NCBI GenBank assembly: GCA_030637655.1
Contig: DAOWGI010000105.1
Location: 1-29,273 of the forward strand
From: a candidate division FCPU426 bacterium
Lineage (GTDB): Bacteria > Oederibacteriota > JAAXVQ01 > JAUVAV01
Reading direction: 5' to 3'
Length of the DNA: 29,273 nucleotides
Shown piece after piece: positions 1 through 8,697 of this stretch. How positions within the stretch are numbered: the stretch's first letter is position 1; every line of letters starts with the position of its first letter. The position numbers and the translations under genes were made by a program. The notes under the pieces were generated by a model, which did not search any database, was not told where the DNA came from, and saw only the letters and a list, made by a program, of their open reading frames with translations.

Positions 1-45
1 AAAAGATAATAGATATCTTGTTATTAAAAGGATGCTCCACGCGTT

Positions 46-139
46 GTCATCCCGGCAATCATTAAGCCGGGATCCAGTGACTTTAAAGCATTTAAAGATC
101 AAAGCCACTGGATTCCTGCTAAAAACATGCAGGAATGAC
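46..139. repeat. Cloverleaf palindromic element (REP/RPE/MITE-like)
   Basis: Nested inverted repeats read directly: GTCAT..ATGAC closing stem; CCCGGC/GCCGGG hairpin; ATCCAGTG/CACTGGAT arm; TCCTGC/GCAGGA hairpin. Confidence 0.75.
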
Positions 140-466
140 GAGCTAAATAGAGAAGTACTTTCAGTTAAGGATGTTGCAATATGAGTTACAATCCGCCGCT
201 TTGATGATTTTATGGAAAAACCATATGATTATAGAGCATTACATGAGAAAATCATTGACTTAACAGTAAAAAGTGTGGAAATTGAGAAAAGAAAAACCAG
301 GATTGTGCCATTTATATAAGACTAATCTATATGCTAATATGAAAGGCGTATTACCAGAGAAATTCGACGATATTGTAAATTAAGGAAGATAAAAGTTTAG
401 AAAAGTATACGAAGGTTGCTGTTCGGCGGAAGGAAAATTAATTATTGCTTATAATCAGAGGGAAAG

Positions 467-964
467 ATGATTTTTTACGAAGAAATATTACGGGTGTTTC
501 ATAAGGAGAAGGTTAAATTTGTTCTTGTCGGGGGTGTGGCGGCCAATCTTCTCGGTTTGCTGAGAAGCACGGCGGACTTGGACATTTTGGTTGAAATGAG
601 TGATGAAAATCTCAGAAAGATAGTCAAAATCCTGAAACGGCGTGGTTATCGGGTTAAGCAGCCCGTTGATCCGATGAAAATTGCCGATAAAGCAACAAGG
701 GAAGATTGGATTAAAAACAAACATATGAAGGCTTTTAATTTTTATAAGGATGACGGCTGGAAGGAAGTGGATATCATTATTGAATCGCCGGTGTCTTTTC
801 ATAAAGCTCAAAAAAGCGCCGTGCATATCAAAGTCGATGATTATATTCTGCCGGTAATCTCCTTGAGGCATCTGATTAAAATGAAAGAAAAAACCGGGCG
901 TATAGTTGATCAGTTGGATGTGAAGGGTTTGAAAAAAATTAATAAGTTAAGAAAAAAACGATGA
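467..964 (+). CDS. Nucleotidyltransferase-fold protein (DUF6036-like, Pol beta superfamily)
   Basis: Motif FVLVGGVAANLLG..RSTADLDIL (GG plus DxD), a third acidic residue in VDII, and C-terminal LIKMK..GR..D..D; GAGGGA RBS-like site upstream. Confidence 0.75.
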   Translation: MIFYEEILRVFHKEKVKFVLVGGVAANLLGLLRSTADLDILVEMSDENLRKIVKILKRRGYRVKQPVDPMKIADKATREDWIKNKHMKAFNFYKDDGWKEVDIIIESPVSFHKAQKSAVHIKVDDYILPVISLRHLIKMKEKTGRIVDQLDVKGLKKINKLRKKR

Positions 965-1122
965 TTTTCAAATGGGAAACAGAAGAACAACGTCTTTTAA
1001 GATTCATGAAAATACCGCCTAAACAAAAGCTTGAATGGTTGCATCAAATGAATAAATTTATAAATAAGTGTTCAACCAAACGAACCAAGATCATCCGGCA
1101 GAAACTAAGGAACAGCCTTTAA
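961..1122 (+). CDS. Small basic helical protein (53 aa), partner of the nucleotidyltransferase
   Basis: Not in the ORF track. ATGA overlap with the upstream stop. Translation MIFKWETEEQRLLRFMKIPPKQKLEWLHQMNKFINKCSTKRTKIIRQKLRNSL. Confidence 0.65.
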   Translation: MIFKWETEEQRLLRFMKIPPKQKLEWLHQMNKFINKCSTKRTKIIRQKLRNSL

Positions 1123-1347
1123 TTCCACGCCGGCGTCCTTTATTAAAACTCAATGTAAAAAACTTGGCGGACAAAAGGAAGAACAGCATTGTCAAAGTAA
1201 AGATACGACCCCGAAATGGTGCCAGCCACTAAAATTCCTTTAGTGTGCCGGCGAGGTGTGTAGAAAAAAGAGGTTTGATATTTATGTGCTGCGGGAAAGA
1301 GCAAGAATGCTGCTAAGCGGGGATGGGACATTGATGAGTTAAGCTTA

Positions 1348-1473
1348 TGCTGCAAAACCCCTGTGAGGTCATTGCGAGAGATCGGCGGGAGTCCTTTTCC
1401 TTTAATTTTATCTCCGGCCAGGGCTTTATTGTCGCGGCTGCTTCTCGCGAAGACAGCTTAGGGGTTTGCGGCA
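1348..1473. mobile_element. MITE-like element with imperfect terminal inverted repeats
   Basis: TGCTGCAAAACCCC (1348-1361) vs GGGGTTTGCGGCA (1461-1473), plus inner arms GTCATTGCGAGA / TCTCGCGAAGAC. The right end resembles 19965-19997. Confidence 0.5.
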
Positions 1474-1496
1474 GAACAAGTCAAGAACGTCCGTGT

Positions 1497-2438
1497 TTAA
1501 GCTGGAGTAACTCTAAGGCTTTTATATTGTTCGTGAGTTAAGTTTCGATATGCATTCCGTGCGCCGCCATAATTGGCAAAACTATCCACTTTGCAGATAT
1601 CGCTAAGTGATATTGGATGTTCATAAACAATTAGTTTTCCCGGAGCAAAGATATTGCTCCAGGTAAAATCTTTTTCCCGGTTTGTTTTTTTAACTTTCGC
1701 AATTTCAGCTTCCACGGTTATGGCCTTCTTTTCTGTATCATAAAGCAATAATTTTCTGCCGGTTCCAACAAGCTGCTTAAGCTCTTTAGGTGTATTCCAG
1801 TACTTCCATTGTCCATTGTTCATTTCATCAAGATACTTATCCTTATCAACGCCGGTTTTGTCATTAAAGGCAATTTTTTGAATAATTCCAACAATATCTT
1901 GTTTAAATATTTCATTCCCAATTAAATCCAAATATTGCTGAACAATTGCGGCAAAAACAGATTTATTAGATGTTTGAATATATTTCTCTAAATAGTTATA
2001 AACATGTTTCCATTCCAAGTGTTGTATCCTGGTTTTGTCGATTTTGACGAAGTCCTGAATATAATTACTATTCGCATCATCCGGGGTCAAAAGAATCAAC
2101 GACTGTATTTTATGTGTGTCACTCTTGAAAGTTTTAAGATGCTTTTTAATTTGTTCCGCGCGTAATGTTGCCGACTCAATTTTTGTCTCAAATTGAAAAT
2201 AGCACCGATTTCCAGCTAGTGTAGCATCAGCAGTGCTTTTCTGTTCGTTCTGCAAAACCTGAAAAACATTAAAGGTGTCATTAATAGGCTTTGAAAAGAT
2301 TTTTGAAACAAAATCCGAAACAAAATCCGAATTTTCCCTGTTTCCAAGTTTGAGAATTGAAATTAATCCATTGGTAAAATTATTTTCTTTCTGCGCGTAA
2401 CTTGTAAAGATATTGACTTCGTTCTTTTGCTTGCGCAT
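1497..2438 (-). CDS. PD-(D/E)XK nuclease-family protein with possible C-terminal PUA/EVE-like domain
   Basis: N-terminal EN..T helix (QKENNFTNGL), AD...FETK catalytic-type motif, and Q in AEQIKKH. GGAGG RBS at 2447-2451 on the minus strand. Visibly AT-rich. Confidence 0.6.
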   Translation of the reverse strand: MRKQKNEVNIFTSYAQKENNFTNGLISILKLGNRENSDFVSDFVSKIFSKPINDTFNVFQVLQNEQKSTADATLAGNRCYFQFETKIESATLRAEQIKKHLKTFKSDTHKIQSLILLTPDDANSNYIQDFVKIDKTRIQHLEWKHVYNYLEKYIQTSNKSVFAAIVQQYLDLIGNEIFKQDIVGIIQKIAFNDKTGVDKDKYLDEMNNGQWKYWNTPKELKQLVGTGRKLLLYDTEKKAITVEAEIAKVKKTNREKDFTWSNIFAPGKLIVYEHPISLSDICKVDSFANYGGARNAYRNLTHEQYKSLRVTPA

Positions 2439-2541
2439 TTTCGTGCCTCCTTTTGTTGTTCGGATTCAGTTGCTAACTGTTCCGGTTTTTTCAATTGTCG
2501 GCACGGGGTGTTGATTCCTTTAATTGACTCCTGACTTCCTT

Positions 2542-2575
2542 CCGGCTTCGCTAAAACTACGCTGTGGCAAGCCGG
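2542..2575. repeat. Short intergenic palindromic element
   Basis: CCGGCTT-cgctaaaactacgctgtggc-AAGCCGG, a 7-bp stem lying between the 1400-aa gene and the nuclease gene. Confidence 0.4.
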
Positions 2576-2648
2576 TTGCCCGCTAAAGGTGCGCGAAAAT
2601 GACATGACTCCAGTAATAAGAAAAATGGTTTTCCGCGCCAGGAACCAG

Positions 2649-5600
2649 CTACGGACGGGGAAGCAAATGGATATCTCCGTTGGCTTGAACGTATACCTGA
2701 TCACCATCAGACAAGCGTGAACAGCAAGCAGCCACCTGCAGAATTGGAACACCTTTTTCTCTGGCAACTAAGGCGGCATGGGAAAGATACCCGCCGCGTT
2801 CGGTCAGAATGCCGGCCACAGTACCATACAAACTTACCAATTGAGGTTTTAAGAATTTGGTTACCACAATTTTGTTGTGGTAATATTCCGGTGAAAGGGG
2901 AAGCGTATCCTCAATCACAGCTATTTCTCCGGAAAAATCCCGGGGCACGGAAAGCGCTTGACCATAAAAATCCGGGGCTTTTTGCCGCCAGGCTGAGGTC
3001 CGTAACCGGGCAGCAGGAAATAGTTCGCAGGCGTTGAGAAATTCAATATCCGTGCGTTTTAAGGGATCAGGCAAGTCCAAAGCCTGAAAAGTCTGTTGGA
3101 TTTTTTTGTTTTTACTTACCTGAGCCTTAAGGTCCGGCCATGATTCGTGTGCTGCCACACGGGAAAGGTCAGCCAAGGTCAGATAAAAAATATTTTCCGG
3201 CAAAGTAAGTTTTAGAGCTTTACCGAGCGCTAAAAACCAGGGCCGGCGTTGCCGGAGCCACTGAATGGCGAGATCCTTGATCTCTTCCTTGGCCTGTAAT
3301 AATTGCAGAGCAGAACCGGAGGCTGGTTCCGCTGAGGAGGTAACTTGAAAGTGTTGGTACTGTTTGGCTAAATCCAAAGCCTGCTGGGGATTTTCCCGGA
3401 AGCTGGGAAACAAGAGATCATAATCTTGGGTACTACGATAGCCCCAGGCCGAAAGAAAAGTATCCATAGCATTATCCGCTGAGAGCTGTTGCAAAGCTTT
3501 CGCCAAGGCGCCGGCTTGGGTTGGAACTGCCAGGTGTTTGGTTAGTGCCGACGGAAGCAGTGAACACAGCAAAGAAGCATGGAAGGCTGGGGGATAAATT
3601 TGCGTGATAAAAATTCGGATCTGTGCCTGGCAAGCCGCGGCCAGGGATTTGGTGTTTGTTGGTTGTGTATCCGGCAAAGCGTATTCAGTTATTTTGTTCT
3701 GCAGCGCGCGCAACCGGGCCAGCAAGGGCGCGGGATCTCTTTTTAAGCGCGCAGCAACCTGCTTGGCAGACTGCCAATAACGGAAACGCGAGAGCAAATG
3801 ACGAAATCCCAGACGCTCAATATACAAACGATTAAAGCCGGGAACCACGTCCAGACCATGGGCGCCTGTGTGAGTGATATGCAATTGATCAAGCGCGATT
3901 CCCAGACTGCCTTGTGTGCTATAGAGTTCTTGTAACAAGGAGAAGGTAAAAGGGCTGGGATTGTTCACTACTTCATATACGGGACTGAGATCCCATAGTG
4001 GTTTATCCGGTGTGTTTAAAAGAGAAGCAAGCTGTGAACCAAGAAAACGTTCCTGTTCCAGGTGGATTTCCGGAGAGAATAAGAATTTAGTAATAGGACG
4101 TGCTTGGACTATATAGAGCTGATGCTCGCGTTGGCAGTACACCCATTCAATATCCTGCGGCGCGGACAAGAAATTTTCCATTAGCATGCCGCTAAAAAAA
4201 ACGGTTTGCAATTCAGGCAGATAGGCGTCGGGCTGTGGTGCCTGCGCGCCGGACCAGCGGGAAAAGAAAATTTCCTTGGGCTGCTTGCGGCCGGAGACCA
4301 ATGATTCAGCCGCGCCGGACACGTATTCAATATGACTTAAGACTCCGCTCTTGGGAGATTGGGTGAAGAGCACTCCGCTTATTTCGGCAGTAATCATTTT
4401 TTGAATAATCACACCGCTGGAAGCGTCCACAGGCACTTGTTGTTTTTGATATGATGTCAGTACCTGATCGACGGCGTGAGGTAGTTCGGTTAAAGTAACA
4501 TTTAGGATTGAGGAAAACCGGCCGGCCTGACTCTCGGTCCGGCTGTCTTCCGTGGCGGCGCAGGAGCGGACCGCATAGGTCTGTGTTGCGGCTTGGGAAA
4601 AATACAATTCCGCGGCGTGGCGGATGTGTGCCGCGTATTCCTCAGAAGTGGCTGGGGGAATTTGCTTGGGAAAGAGCACAAATCCCGGAGGCACAGAAAA
4701 GAGCGGATGATCAAAGGCGAACAATTTGGCCAGCACAGCTGCTTTGCCGGGCAGGACCGAAACGGAATTGGGCGCCAAGGGAACGAGATAGTTTGGCAAA
4801 AACACTTTCGGTTTAAACGCGGAGCTGATTTTCAAATTAAACAGTTCCGCGATCCGGCGCTTTGCCGTGCGGGTAACCGCCCGGGCTGTGAGCAGGCGAA
4901 GAACTAAAAAGGTGAAGGCAAAGAGCGCGTAGGCAACAGGTACCAAGGCATTGAGCAAAAGCAAGAAGCCAATACTAAGCACTATGGCAAAAACTAATTT
5001 CCAGAACGGACCGGGCTGCCGGAGTAGTTTCAGAGGTCTGGGGAGCAACGGCAAAAGCGATACCAGGACCAAGAGCACATTAAACCAGGGCTGCGGTTGA
5101 TCCAGTCCGGACAGAAAAAAACCTTGGTTGCTAAGCAGCGGGTTGTCGGGAAAAACCAGGATTTTAAAGCAGGCCAAAATAGTGATCAGCGACAAAGCTT
5201 TTTCGATCATTTCCCAGAACGGATGATATCCGATTTTTCGCAACAACCAAGGTTTGAGCCGGGCACGATAGGGATGTTTTGGCAGGGATTGTTGTATTGC
5301 CAGGGTAAGTTCACGGCGCACACTTTGGGCCCAGAGTCCCGGAATCAGTAGGGGAGAAAGCGCGGCAAAAACCAGCAGCGCCAAGAGCATGAGCAGGAGG
5401 TCGGAAAAAGGAGTTGTGATTTTAGCCAAGACAACAGCGGCTTGAGTAATCCACACCTGGCTGCGCCGCAGCGGTTGCTTAATTAACAAGGAATTTTTTT
5501 CTTTCCAGGTCCAGAGCGTGGAAAATTCCGCGATTTGCAAAGTAGCTCCCAGATAGCGAAAGGAGTGTTTCCGGGTTTGGCTGTCTTGATACAGGCGATA

Positions 5601-6851
5601 GCAAAAATCCATACCACCCATAAGCCAGTCATGCTTGGTCAGCGCTACCACCAAAAACGGCTTGTCGCGCAACCAGGCAGACAAGCGTTTTGCCTGTTTC
5701 TCAAAATCCGGTGCCGCGTAATCAATAGCATAAATATTATTACGCTGCATGCGCGCGCGGATGTGTTTTTGATACTCCGGTTTTTCAAAATATTGGCGCC
5801 AGTTCACGGGTCCCAGACGGGAAAGGCAATAGGTGTAGAGATACTCAAGCTGGATTTCCCGGCTGCGATGGATACCGTTGTAGGGGGCCACAATCGGAAA
5901 CGTTTGATCGGAAATATATTTACCGATATCACGCGCAAAGAACACGGTGGTCATATTGGGAAAACGCACGTGCGGCTCATCATGAAAATAGACATCCGGC
6001 CGTACCGGCCAATAGGATCTTTTTTGGGGACTGGTATAAATGGCCGGAACCAGACGGTTGTCAGGCAGCTGTTTGAATTTAAAATTGGTAATACCAACCA
6101 CAGGTTTTATATAATACACCCGGCGGAAGGAAGCCAGTAGGGTCAGCAGGGATTTGTGTTTTTCCAAAGGCTGCGCGCGGTAAAACAATTGAATCGGTAT
6201 CCAATACAGATCCAGCTGATTTCTTTTTTTTAAGGGGATTTTTTGCAGATGCGCTTCCAGATTAGCCAAATCCACCCGCTCAAACAGCCGCCGGTTCTGC
6301 GGTGAACCGACACCGGGAATACCGGAGGCATATACGGGAAGACTGCAGGAGATCAGCAACAAAGGCCGATACTCAGGATCAGCCATAATTTTGGTGTGCA
6401 GATCCGTCAGGGTGGCCTGAGGGTAATGCTGTATAAATTTGCAATACCACACGCGGCTTTCGTGAATGTTGATATCACTCCGCATATATGCTTCCAAATT
6501 GTTCAAATAATTTTCTCTGGATTTTCCACTCCAATTGACAAGTAACAGCGAGAGCGTAATGAGCCAAAGAAGAGCAAACAGACTGCTGGTGACAATTAGA
6601 AAGCGGATGGGATTTTTACGTTTGTTAAGCATACGAAGAAAGGCAATGCCGGCCAAGGCAAAGCCTGCGGACGCGAGCCCGATGAAAAGCAGGGAAAATT
6701 CAAAGAAACCAAAAATCATAAAGGGAGCGGGTAAAGCGTGGGCAGAGCAGGGCAGAAAAAGCAGTATTCCGGCCGACAAGAATTCAAGCGTGCGTCTTTT
6801 TATACGCACGATTTCGGCCGGAACACCTCTGTTTACAGCATGAATTCGCAT
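2649..6851 (-). CDS. Large membrane protein: signal peptide/TM segments, soluble domain, YidC/Oxa1-like TM region, PEP/pyruvate-binding ATP-grasp domain, helical domain and PEP-utiliser His-swivel domain
   Basis: ATP-grasp motifs GKAAVL, VPPGFVL, AVRSCAATED..SQAGRFSS, VIIQKMI..SGVLFT, PQDIEW, LYIVQARPIT. Swivel motif GILTERGGYLSHAALVAREKGVP (His about 1358). Several hydrophobic helices at aa ~20-105 and ~478-655. Confidence 0.8.
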   Translation of the reverse strand: MRIHAVNRGVPAEIVRIKRRTLEFLSAGILLFLPCSAHALPAPFMIFGFFEFSLLFIGLASAGFALAGIAFLRMLNKRKNPIRFLIVTSSLFALLWLITLSLLLVNWSGKSRENYLNNLEAYMRSDINIHESRVWYCKFIQHYPQATLTDLHTKIMADPEYRPLLLISCSLPVYASGIPGVGSPQNRRLFERVDLANLEAHLQKIPLKKRNQLDLYWIPIQLFYRAQPLEKHKSLLTLLASFRRVYYIKPVVGITNFKFKQLPDNRLVPAIYTSPQKRSYWPVRPDVYFHDEPHVRFPNMTTVFFARDIGKYISDQTFPIVAPYNGIHRSREIQLEYLYTYCLSRLGPVNWRQYFEKPEYQKHIRARMQRNNIYAIDYAAPDFEKQAKRLSAWLRDKPFLVVALTKHDWLMGGMDFCYRLYQDSQTRKHSFRYLGATLQIAEFSTLWTWKEKNSLLIKQPLRRSQVWITQAAVVLAKITTPFSDLLLMLLALLVFAALSPLLIPGLWAQSVRRELTLAIQQSLPKHPYRARLKPWLLRKIGYHPFWEMIEKALSLITILACFKILVFPDNPLLSNQGFFLSGLDQPQPWFNVLLVLVSLLPLLPRPLKLLRQPGPFWKLVFAIVLSIGFLLLLNALVPVAYALFAFTFLVLRLLTARAVTRTAKRRIAELFNLKISSAFKPKVFLPNYLVPLAPNSVSVLPGKAAVLAKLFAFDHPLFSVPPGFVLFPKQIPPATSEEYAAHIRHAAELYFSQAATQTYAVRSCAATEDSRTESQAGRFSSILNVTLTELPHAVDQVLTSYQKQQVPVDASSGVIIQKMITAEISGVLFTQSPKSGVLSHIEYVSGAAESLVSGRKQPKEIFFSRWSGAQAPQPDAYLPELQTVFFSGMLMENFLSAPQDIEWVYCQREHQLYIVQARPITKFLFSPEIHLEQERFLGSQLASLLNTPDKPLWDLSPVYEVVNNPSPFTFSLLQELYSTQGSLGIALDQLHITHTGAHGLDVVPGFNRLYIERLGFRHLLSRFRYWQSAKQVAARLKRDPAPLLARLRALQNKITEYALPDTQPTNTKSLAAACQAQIRIFITQIYPPAFHASLLCSLLPSALTKHLAVPTQAGALAKALQQLSADNAMDTFLSAWGYRSTQDYDLLFPSFRENPQQALDLAKQYQHFQVTSSAEPASGSALQLLQAKEEIKDLAIQWLRQRRPWFLALGKALKLTLPENIFYLTLADLSRVAAHESWPDLKAQVSKNKKIQQTFQALDLPDPLKRTDIEFLNACELFPAARLRTSAWRQKAPDFYGQALSVPRDFSGEIAVIEDTLPLSPEYYHNKIVVTKFLKPQLVSLYGTVAGILTERGGYLSHAALVAREKGVPILQVAACCSRLSDGDQVYVQANGDIHLLPRP

Positions 6852-7003
6852 ACCAGTTCCTTTGCCTTAATATAAATGATGTTGGCAGTTTCCGGACAAC
6901 CAACACAAATCGGTTTGCACATAATTTTAACACTATTTTTTTCGTATGAAATAAAATAATGTTATTTCAAGTTGTACCGTAACTTTAAAGAGGAGGAGAG
7001 ATA

Positions 7004-7660
7004 ATGGCACTACTTAGCGAAGACATTAAAAAACAGATCAAAACACAGCTGGCAGACAATCCCAAGCCGATTACTCTGCATGTATTTACACAAGAATTGG
7101 AATGCCGGGATTGTCGTGAAAACCGGGTCTTAGCCAAAGAAGTAGCGCAGTGCGCGCCGGATAAAGTAAAAGTGGAAGTGCACGATTTTGTGACCGCTAA
7201 AGAGGCGGTGGCTAAGTTCAAAATAGAGCAAATTCCCGCCCTGGCTGTGATAGGTGAAAAGGATTACGGAATTCGTTTCTACGGTATTACGTCTGGTTAT
7301 GAGTTTGCATCTTTATTAAATGCCATAAAAAGTGTGTCAAAAGGCCGTACAGAGTTCTCTAAAATCTCCTTAGCCAAATTGGGCGCTATTACCAATCCTT
7401 TGCACATTAAAGTTTTTGTAACTTTAACCTGCCCTGATTGTCCCGGCGCTGTGCGCCTGGCGCATCAGTTGGCAATCGCCAGTCCGTTGATTCAGGCGGA
7501 TATGATTGAAGTTTCTCAATTTCCACACTTGGCAATTCGTGAGCAGGTAACGGGAGTTCCTAAAACCGTGCTTGCGGGGGTGGGTAGTTTTGCCGGAGCC
7601 CTGCCGGAGACGAAATTCGTAGAAAAAATTGTCAACCTGGTTACTGGTGGAGCTATCTAA
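7004..7660 (+). CDS. Protein disulfide oxidoreductase (glutaredoxin-like, two thioredoxin folds; PDO/AhpF N-terminal type)
   Basis: Two CxxC motifs (CRDC, CPDC); GIRFYGI.SGYEFASL; VTGVPKT cis-Pro loop; GGAGGAG RBS. Confidence 0.9.
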   Translation: MALLSEDIKKQIKTQLADNPKPITLHVFTQELECRDCRENRVLAKEVAQCAPDKVKVEVHDFVTAKEAVAKFKIEQIPALAVIGEKDYGIRFYGITSGYEFASLLNAIKSVSKGRTEFSKISLAKLGAITNPLHIKVFVTLTCPDCPGAVRLAHQLAIASPLIQADMIEVSQFPHLAIREQVTGVPKTVLAGVGSFAGALPETKFVEKIVNLVTGGAI

Positions 7661-8004
7661 ACCAGGATTTCCCGCAGATTAGCGCACAAAAGATGAAGGA
7701 GAGCCGTTCAGAACCGGTATGCAGGCACAGGTTCCAAACCACCTTATGCTGCTGCAGGCAAAAGATGTGGTAGTGAGCGATAAGGAAAAGTCTCAATAAA
7801 ATGAGGCAGGTGAAAATAGGGTAGCTGTTGCTGTGATATTTTTCATATTATAATGCGCGGGCTTGAGGAGTAATTGCTCTGAGTAATTAAGGGGATATAA
7901 GGGGAAGCTGAAATCCTTTTGCCTCAACCGATTTAGTGTCAGAGAGTGAACAGATACATAAAAATATATTTTATGTTCCTCGCGCAATATGATAAAGTAC
8001 AAAT

Positions 8005-8254
8005 ATAAAATACAGAGTTGAACTCAAGTCTCGCGCGATAAAGGACTTAAGGAAACTAGATAAAAAAACAGCGAAAATAATTTTCGCTAAAATTGAATTA
8101 CTGTCAAATGATTTACGAGGTAACGTAAAAAAAATTAACAAATTTCACACCAGAATATCGTCTTCGGGTTGGCGATTGTCGGATTTTATTTGAAACCGAA
8201 TATGATAGAGTTATAATTTACAGAGTCCGGCATAGAAAAGAAGCTTATGAGTAA
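8005..8254 (+). pseudogene. relE: RelE/StbE-family toxin pseudogene
   Basis: Reconstruction (I)KYRVELKSRAIKDLRKLDKK...LRGNVKK / LTNFTPEYRLRVGDCRILFE...IIYRVRHRKEAYE* requires removing one A from the A8 run at 8127-8134. The start position reads ATA, with an in-frame TAA at 7993. Confidence 0.85.
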
Positions 8255-8266
8255 GGAGTTATTGTT

Positions 8267-8464
8267 ATGACCATCCATCCGCAAATTTTAAAGAAAAATG
8301 GTAAAAACGAGTTCGCTATTTTGCCGTACAAAGAATTCATTAGAATTCAAGAGGTGCTGAATGACTACGAAGATTTAAAAGCGTTACGTTCGGCAAAGGT
8401 AAAGGAAAAAAACGTTAAAACCATTTCTTTAAAAGAAGCCAAGAAACGTCTTGATCTTTCTTAG
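8267..8464 (+). CDS. Type II antitoxin (Phd/YefM-like, 65 aa)
   Basis: Lies directly downstream of the relE remnant with an AGGAG RBS. GK.EFAILPY.EF...YEDL..L...ISL.EAKK.L pattern is typical of antitoxins paired with RelE. Confidence 0.75.
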   Translation: MTIHPQILKKNGKNEFAILPYKEFIRIQEVLNDYEDLKALRSAKVKEKNVKTISLKEAKKRLDLS

Positions 8465-8697
8465 TTTCTACACTCATTCGGCGGATTGTGAATGATAGTG
8501 TGATAGGGAACTTGTTTGATTTAAGAACTTTAGCTTTGAAAACCGTAAGTTCATAAGTCAAATACATCCCGTATACCCCGTTCGATTTTTAGTCATTGAC
8601 TCCCTATTACAGCTTTTGTTATATTTTCCTTGGAAAGCAATTACTTATCAGCCAAAAAAATCATAAATAAAAAGATCTAAAATTGAAGAACAAATAA

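Noticed and set aside
1143-1541. Short ORFs at 1143-1355 (-) and 1347-1541 (+)
   Set aside because: No motifs or clear RBS; they overlap the MITE-like element.
2465-2480. GTTAGCAAC on the minus strand upstream of the nuclease gene as a possible integron attC core site
   Set aside because: There is no matching inverse core site or attC-like hairpin after the gene, and no integrase in the window.
2717-6843. Several plus-strand ORFs (70-201 aa) opposite the 1400-aa gene, and similar antisense or nested ORFs over nrdJ, ferritin, ptsI, tolC and cusA
   Set aside because: They are shadows of well-supported genes and have no recognisable motifs.
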